Below, one piece after another: positions 44,093 through 49,318 of a DNA stretch of 49,318 nucleotides. The stretch spans positions 1 to 49,318 of the IMG/VR virus record IMGVR_UViG_3300023267_000045; one strand, given 5' to 3'. The notes beneath the pieces were generated by a model that was not told the DNA's origin, did no database searches, and worked only from the letters and a program-made list of their open reading frames with translations. This DNA comes from a virus (Duplodnaviria > Caudoviricetes). The position numbers and the translations under genes are program-made. Every line of letters starts with the position of its first letter. The stretch's first letter is position 1.

Positions 44093-44310
44093 GACGCCAT
44101 CTTTCCGGGGTCGACCCGCCCACGAGCCAACCAGTTCTCGACATCGCCCGAGCTGTACTTGGTCACGCGGGACGACAACGTGACGAACGCTGGTCCCTGA
44201 GGTGGACGAGCCGTGCGCCACCGCCGAAGGGTGGACGAGTCGACGCCAAGGATCAGCGCGAGTTCTTCGGTCGTGTACCACTTGCCTTGCAACAGATTGC
44301 TGTCCATCAC
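44089..44310 (-). CDS. xis: Excisionase (AlpA-like HTH)
   Basis: YTTEELALILGVDSSTLRRWR...GPAF; between repSA and int. Confidence 0.88.
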   Translation of the reverse strand: MMDSNLLQGKWYTTEELALILGVDSSTLRRWRTARPPQGPAFVTLSSRVTKYSSGDVENWLARGRVDPGKMAS

Positions 44311-45641
44311 GCTGCCTCCTGTTCGTACTTGCGGCGACGGTGCTCGCGCACCCGTTCGGAGATGGCCGAGGCCAGTTCGCGTTCGGCGTCGTTGGCGTAG
44401 CCGGAGCCTGACCACTGCCACTCATTGACGACGGTCACGGTGTCGGCGGTGAAGCCGAGGCGGTCGAGGGTTTCCTGTGCGCGGAACGCACGGCGTTCGC
44501 CACGGATGGCGCGGAAGGTGGTCGAGTACGCCCTGGACTTGGACAGGAAGTGGCCTCGGAAGCCGAGCATGTGCGCCCAGCGGGTCAGGTTGAGTTCGGC
44601 GTACTGCGGCAGGTGACCGAGGTCCCACGCGGTCTGGATCATCGCGCGGTGATGGGTGGCGACCTTGAGGTAGTCGATCTCCAGCTGGGAGCGGATGGGG
44701 CGGTCGGCGGCTTCGGTCTTGCCGGTGCCTTTGGTGGCGTACTTGGCGACGTACCCGGCTAGGCGCTGCTCACTGATCGCGCCGGACTCGTCCTCCACCT
44801 CGTGAGCCGCGCTTGCCCGAATGGGCTGTGCGTCGACCTGTGTTCCCCATTCCAGGAGCAGGTCGGTCCCGTCAGGCCGGGCGGTGGTGACCTGGACCGC
44901 GCGGGCGGCGACCTTGACGGCGTGGTCCAAGAGGTCGGAGGTTGCCCAGGCCGGGGTGGTGTCGGCGGGACCGTCCGGCCCGTCGATGCGGATCACGGCG
45001 TGGAAGTGGACCAAGCCGCGGCGTTGGTACTCGGCGACCTTGGCGTAGGAGACACGGGCGTGGTCCTTGAACTCCCGGACTGTGAGCCCGGCGGCGTGGG
45101 CCAGGACCCGGCGCAGTCGGATGGTGAAGCGGTGCCAGAGCTTGCCTGCGTTGGCCTGCCAGAGGACCGCGCCGATGTAGTCGTAGGAGTCGGGGTCGAG
45201 CGGTCCGCCGATGCGAGGGTCGTCGGGGTGGTGGTACTCGCCGCAGGCACACGGGATGGTGCGACCGTGCGCCGTGGTGCGGCGGTTGTGGACCGGCCCG
45301 AACGAGGGTGCGGTGAGCGTGGCGAACACGCGGGGCTTCTCGGAGACGGTGAGTGGAACGCCCTTGGAGCCGCCGGAGAGACCTGCGGTCATGAGGTGGT
45401 AGGCATCGGCAGCGTAGCGGTCGGAGCAGGACGGGCACACGGCCTGGCGCCGGTTTCCGCAGGGGACCATGACCTCCCCGCCCATGTGGGCGACGACTCC
45501 GGCGTCGGCGTGGTGGAGCTGCCACGCGCCGAACAGGCGGATCGGGGCGGCGCAGCCACCGATAGCGGTGACCTTCTCGCGCCATTCGCGGTAGTCGGGG
45601 GCTTTGACACGGGCGGAGATCCGCCCTTCGAGGGTGAGCAC
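44307..45641 (-). CDS. repSA: RepSA-family rolling-circle replication initiator
   Basis: CGNRR..VCPSC, FATLTAPSFGPVH, EYQRRGLVHFH (HUH), YVAKYATK, WAHMLGFRGHF; start 45641 or 45686. Confidence 0.95.
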   Translation of the reverse strand: MLTLEGRISARVKAPDYREWREKVTAIGGCAAPIRLFGAWQLHHADAGVVAHMGGEVMVPCGNRRQAVCPSCSDRYAADAYHLMTAGLSGGSKGVPLTVSEKPRVFATLTAPSFGPVHNRRTTAHGRTIPCACGEYHHPDDPRIGGPLDPDSYDYIGAVLWQANAGKLWHRFTIRLRRVLAHAAGLTVREFKDHARVSYAKVAEYQRRGLVHFHAVIRIDGPDGPADTTPAWATSDLLDHAVKVAARAVQVTTARPDGTDLLLEWGTQVDAQPIRASAAHEVEDESGAISEQRLAGYVAKYATKGTGKTEAADRPIRSQLEIDYLKVATHHRAMIQTAWDLGHLPQYAELNLTRWAHMLGFRGHFLSKSRAYSTTFRAIRGERRAFRAQETLDRLGFTADTVTVVNEWQWSGSGYANDAERELASAISERVREHRRRKYEQEAA

Positions 45642-45674
45642 AGGCGGTGGTCCTTCCGTTGTGGCACAACGAGA

Positions 45675-45708
45675 AGGGCGGGACACAGTGGGGTCTGTGT
45701 CCCGCCCT
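45675..45708. other. Perfect 14-bp inverted repeat upstream of repSA, candidate origin or regulatory hairpin
   Basis: AGGGCGGGACACAG-tggggt-CTGTGTCCCGCCCT. Confidence 0.5.
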
Positions 45709-45752
45709 CATGCGGAGCGGCCGAGGGTGCCGCTCGTGGTCAGTTGTTCAGT

Positions 45753-45947
45753 TCAGCTGGGCTCTTCGTCCTCGTAGGACTCGTGGTCGACGGCGACGAC
45801 TCTGACGCCGGTGGTGTCGCCGCCGTGGTGGTTGCTCGCGTGTGCGGCAGCGCTGGTGTCTGCTCCGTCGGACGAGGTGAAGGTGACGTCCGAGCCAGTC
45901 GGGCAGACGTCGCACAGCCAGTCGAAGCCGGTGATGCGGACGTTCAT
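45753..45947 (-). CDS. Small CxxC/His protein
   Basis: WLCDVC...AAAHASNHH; AGGAG RBS. Confidence 0.6.
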   Translation of the reverse strand: MNVRITGFDWLCDVCPTGSDVTFTSSDGADTSAAAHASNHHGGDTTGVRVVAVDHESYEDEEPS

Positions 45948-45963
45948 GGGCGCTCCTGGTGGG

Positions 45964-46812
45964 TTAGGCCGCGAGGTCTCGAACGATGCGAGCGGCGTAG
46001 TCGGCGGGAACCTTGACGGCGTCTTGGACGTCTTGGGCGGTCAGCTCACGGCCTTGTGCGCGGACGTCTTGGGTCTTGGCGTCGATGGCAGCGCGCATCG
46101 GAGCGGGCAGCCGTGACAAAGCTCGTGCGGTCGTTGTAGCGGTCGGCTCGACGGTGGGAGGCGAGGTGATGACCGGTGCCGGTGAGGGTGAAGCCGCGGG
46201 GACTTCCACGACCGGTGGAGGTGAAGCCGCGGGAACCGGCGCGACGGTGGCGAGCGCGTTGTCACGGGCTTGGTTGCAGCGGTGGGTGATGACGGGCATG
46301 ACTTCGGCGATGAGGTAGACCACGGCCGGGATGACCACGTGGAGAAACACGTTTCCGGCGTTCACCGATCCGGTGGCGGGGAACAGGCTGGACCACACGT
46401 TGGTGATCAGGGTCGCGGCCAGGAGCAGACGTTTGAGGCGCTTGACTGCGTCGTGGTCGACGTTCAGGCCTGCCGAGAGCATCTCGGCTTCCCAGCGGAG
46501 CAGGGTGATGAGGATGCCTGCCAGGGCGGGTTCGACGAGCCAGGCACCCCACCACAGCGGGTCAGCCGCGGTGAGGTGCCCGGCGAGGAACGCCTGAACC
46601 CCGGTGGTGGTGAAGCCGAGGCCGATGGCGAGGAACAGCCACATGGAGCGCGTGACCGAGATGCGGAACCGGTCGGCTCGCACCGCGTTCAACAGCGGGT
46701 CGGTGGTGAGCGCGTGGAGTTGGTGCGACTCGTCCAGCCTGGCCCGCAGTCGGCGCACCGACCGTGTTTCGGCGGGCTGGTGGTCGGTGCGGGGTGTGCG
46801 TTTGCCGAGCAC
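45964..46812 (-). CDS. Spd-like multi-TM spread protein
   Basis: Four hydrophobic helices, Pro-rich linker, C-terminal HTH-like segment; AICE context. Confidence 0.7.
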   Translation of the reverse strand: MLGKRTPRTDHQPAETRSVRRLRARLDESHQLHALTTDPLLNAVRADRFRISVTRSMWLFLAIGLGFTTTGVQAFLAGHLTAADPLWWGAWLVEPALAGILITLLRWEAEMLSAGLNVDHDAVKRLKRLLLAATLITNVWSSLFPATGSVNAGNVFLHVVIPAVVYLIAEVMPVITHRCNQARDNALATVAPVPAASPPPVVEVPAASPSPAPVITSPPTVEPTATTTARALSRLPAPMRAAIDAKTQDVRAQGRELTAQDVQDAVKVPADYAARIVRDLAA

Positions 46813-46843
46813 GGTCCACCTCCTTTCGGTGCGGTAGGGCGGT

Positions 46844-47026
46844 TCAGGAGCCGCGGGCGGCCTTGATCAGGAGACGTCCGAGCAGGAGCAGCACCACGGC
46901 GAGCACGATCGCGCCGAAGATGCCGAAGGCGAAGTACATGACGGCGAGGCCGATCAGCGCGGCCGGGATGATCTTGGCGGCGGTGGTGAGGGTGCGGCGG
47001 GTGACGGGGATGGCGAGCTGGAACAT
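46844..47026 (-). CDS. Small membrane protein
   Basis: 60 aa, two hydrophobic helices; TGATG coupling. Confidence 0.65.
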   Translation of the reverse strand: MFQLAIPVTRRTLTTAAKIIPAALIGLAVMYFAFGIFGAIVLAVVLLLLGRLLIKAARGS

Positions 47027-47364
47027 CAGGCCACGTCCTTCTGGTCGGTGGAGACGGTGGTGGGCTTGGAGCGGGGGTAGTGCAGTTGGTTGCGCTGCGA
47101 GCCGGTGAGGTCGCCGAAGGTCCCGGCGGCGTAGTAGCGGCGGGAACGGGTCTGCTGCTCCCAGCCGAGCTGGTCGGAGCGGCACTCGGCCTGGACAGGG
47201 CAGCCAGCGCACAGCGTCCGAGCGCGTTCGGTCTGCGCGGTGTCGAAGAAGACTGCGGTGTCCTCCCCGGCGCAAGCGGCCTCGGAGCGCCAGGCGGGAG
47301 GCTGCCCAGAACGACCGAACAGCGCCATCATCAGCGCCCTGTGGCCGGTGTAGGAGTCGTTCAC
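47026..47364 (-). CDS. WhiB-family protein (AICE)
   Basis: WRSEAAC...FF...LCAGCPVQAEC...GTFGDLT. Confidence 0.82.
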   Translation of the reverse strand: MNDSYTGHRALMMALFGRSGQPPAWRSEAACAGEDTAVFFDTAQTERARTLCAGCPVQAECRSDQLGWEQQTRSRRYYAAGTFGDLTGSQRNQLHYPRSKPTTVSTDQKDVA

Positions 47365-47855
47365 GCGGCCACCTCCGCTACTGCCGCAACGGGGGTGGTG
47401 CGGGCGAAGGCCAGCAGGTCGGCGACCTCGTTGAAGGAAACCGGTTCGCTGTGATGCTCGGGCAGGTTGAAGGTGTGGGCGAGGTCGAAGGCGTCGGGAA
47501 AGGACGCCAAGCGCACGCCGTGGCCGAGATCGAGCACGCGAGCCCCGACAGCGGAAGCGGGCACCGCGCAGGCCATGCCGATGCTCAGACCGGCACTGGT
47601 CCGGCCGGTCGCGGCGAGAGCGAACTGACCGCCGGAGCGGTGGGTCCACGTGAGGTCGACCACGTGCAGGGTGCTGGTCCACAGCAGCAGACCGGCCACA
47701 CGGTCCAGCGGTGCGGCCGAGGTGAACTCCAGGTGCGCCGATCGGGACCTGGTGGAGATGACCAAGCGGTCCGGGCGGGGTAGGTCGCAGGTGCGCATCG
47801 TGGCACGCAGTGTCCTGAGTAGACGGTCCAGTGATCGGGGTGCCTTGGTGTGCAT
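47361..47855 (-). CDS. Hypothetical AICE protein
   Basis: GAAGGA RBS; coupled to the whiB-like gene. Confidence 0.65.
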   Translation of the reverse strand: MHTKAPRSLDRLLRTLRATMRTCDLPRPDRLVISTRSRSAHLEFTSAAPLDRVAGLLLWTSTLHVVDLTWTHRSGGQFALAATGRTSAGLSIGMACAVPASAVGARVLDLGHGVRLASFPDAFDLAHTFNLPEHHSEPVSFNEVADLLAFARTTPVAAVAEVAA

Positions 47856-47892
47856 GGTGAATTCCTTCCGGGGTGCTGAGGGGTGGCGGAAG

Positions 47893-47940
47893 CGCCCTGG
47901 CCCGACTCGAACGGGCTACCGGCTGTGACCGGGCAGGGCT
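47893..47940 (-). ncRNA. tRNA-like mini-structure in the traB downstream spacer
   Basis: GCCCTG/CAGGGC stem enclosing a CCGG hairpin and a canonical T-arm GCCCG-TTCGAGT-CGGGC. Confidence 0.45.
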
Positions 47941-47956
47941 GACGAGCAGCAGCGGG

Positions 47957-49318
47957 TTAGGCGACGATCCGGAGGCCGGGTGCCTTGACCGCCTTGACGA
48001 GGTCGGCCATGTCCGCATCTGAGATGTAGGCGGATCGGACCCGCTTCGGCAGGCGGGCCTTGGGAGCGACGCAGTAGCCGATACCGGCGGTGCCCTCCTC
48101 GGGGAGCTGATCGGCGATCGCACCCTTTTCCCGCATCCCCTCGCCGAGAACCATGTCCGGGTGCCGCTCGGAGGTCACCCGCAGGCACACCCGACGCGAG
48201 ATCAGGTCCCTGATCGGCAGGACGTCCTTGGACGGCTCCTGCACCAGGCACTCCAGGACGTCATGGGTCGAGCGGCCCAGCGAGGTGATCAGGGAACAGT
48301 CGGCCACGAGCTGGTGCGCGTGCTCAGGCCGGTAGGCCAGCAACGAGCCGACCTCGTCAAGGATCAGCCAGTCGAGCGGGTAGTCCTGCGACACCGGAGC
48401 CGAGCGGAGCTTGTTGCGCTGCATCCGCTTCTGCTTGCGCTCCATGTTCTCCACGAAGCTGCGGACCAGGTCGGCGCAATCACCGGCCTCGGACGCGTAG
48501 CGGCCGTCGAGCATCGGTTCCAGGGTGACGAACTCCAACAGCTTCGGGTCGGCCACCCAGGGCCGGACCAGGCCTTCCCGGATCATCGGCATGACCGCCC
48601 GCATCTTGGCCAGCACGAGGGAGTTCTTGCCCGCACCCGTGGCACCGGCACCGATGCTGTGTCCGCCGAGCAGAGGTTCGGTCCACGTGCGGCCCAGTTC
48701 GTCCTCGCCCATGTAGAGCGCGGACAGGTCCACCTCGTCCACCGTCTCCGGCATGTCCGGGGACGGGATCGTGTAGGCGAAGGGCTCATCCCGTTGGACG
48801 ATCAGCACGATCTCGCCGGGTCGTGAGGCTTCCAGAGCGACACGTTCCGCGCCGAGCGTGGAGGCGATCTCGTCCAGGTTGTTGGTGAACGCCCGGTGCG
48901 ACTGGCCGGGGATCATCTTGATCCGCACCGTGTCCACCGACGCCGACCACGAACGGACCCGGATGACACGGGGGACCATCGTGTGCAGGGTGCGGGGGTG
49001 GGTCTTGGTCAGCTCGCAGACCGCCATCAGGTCGGCCCACCGGCGCCCACGGTAGGCACCCATCCAGCGTCGACGCCAGGCCCGCAGGACCGGAGCCGCG
49101 ACCGTGTCGAAGGTGTCCGGGTGGCCCCGGTACCAGCCGACCGCGCCCGTGGTGGCCGCACCGACGAGGCTGCCGGTCACGGTGGGGCCGAGGTAGGACA
49201 GCGACGACAGCAGCGCCGCCGGGGCAGCGACCGAGCCGGGGTGACGCACCATCCACACCACCGCGCGGAACTCCGCGCCCGGTGAACGACGGGACTTGCC
49301 TTGTGACTTGCTGAACAT
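47957..49318 (-). CDS. traB: TraB FtsK/SpoIIIE-family DNA translocase
   Basis: GATGAGKN Walker A, LILDE Walker B, SLGRS...QEPSKD, RVRSAYISD. Confidence 0.92.
   Translation of the reverse strand: MFSKSQGKSRRSPGAEFRAVVWMVRHPGSVAAPAALLSSLSYLGPTVTGSLVGAATTGAVGWYRGHPDTFDTVAAPVLRAWRRRWMGAYRGRRWADLMAVCELTKTHPRTLHTMVPRVIRVRSWSASVDTVRIKMIPGQSHRAFTNNLDEIASTLGAERVALEASRPGEIVLIVQRDEPFAYTIPSPDMPETVDEVDLSALYMGEDELGRTWTEPLLGGHSIGAGATGAGKNSLVLAKMRAVMPMIREGLVRPWVADPKLLEFVTLEPMLDGRYASEAGDCADLVRSFVENMERKQKRMQRNKLRSAPVSQDYPLDWLILDEVGSLLAYRPEHAHQLVADCSLITSLGRSTHDVLECLVQEPSKDVLPIRDLISRRVCLRVTSERHPDMVLGEGMREKGAIADQLPEEGTAGIGYCVAPKARLPKRVRSAYISDADMADLVKAVKAPGLRIVA

Larger units (their letters stand above)
42760..49318 (-). 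mobile_element. Actinomycete integrative conjugative element (AICE), partial
   Basis: traB...repSA-xis-int order pointing into a tRNA-Pro att. Confidence 0.92.

Noticed and set aside
46181-46236. GGTGAAGCCGCGGG repeats as the TraB clt locus
   Set aside because: Only two copies, encoding PAASP in a Pro-rich linker; no 8-bp repeat array seen in the window.

Overview
High-GC actinomycete DNA holding two mobile elements in tandem at a tRNA-Pro(GGG) attachment site. (1) A nearly complete siphovirus-type prophage spans 1..~42.8 kb; its left att and the intact tRNA are inferred to lie just upstream of the window. It carries a tyrosine integrase and an Xre/DUF5753-DUF397 moron, then minus-strand tail, neck, lysis, capsid, portal and terminase genes, an early replication/recombination region, and a cro/cI switch ending at the tRNA-Pro 3' half (42760-42802). 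(2) Part of an actinomycete integrative conjugative element (AICE: int, xis, repSA, Spd-like, whiB-like, traB) runs off the right edge. The strongest unexplained signal is a rigid promoter-like motif, GT(G/A)ACA-N9-NANNNT-N6/7-start codon. It recurs 11-12 times, only before late/structural genes and the gene after int, implying an activator-dependent, mostly leaderless late regulon. Other highlights: a truncated PglX (BREX-2/Pgl)-like methyltransferase, a MuF-type minor head protein with a GNAT-like C-terminus plus a candidate immunity gene, a Tad2/DUF2829 protein, a DMFase-like metalloenzyme domain among virion genes, a divergent moron with twin palindromic operators, and a tRNA-like mini-structure in the AICE. 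All family calls come from motif recognition by eye; no searches were run.
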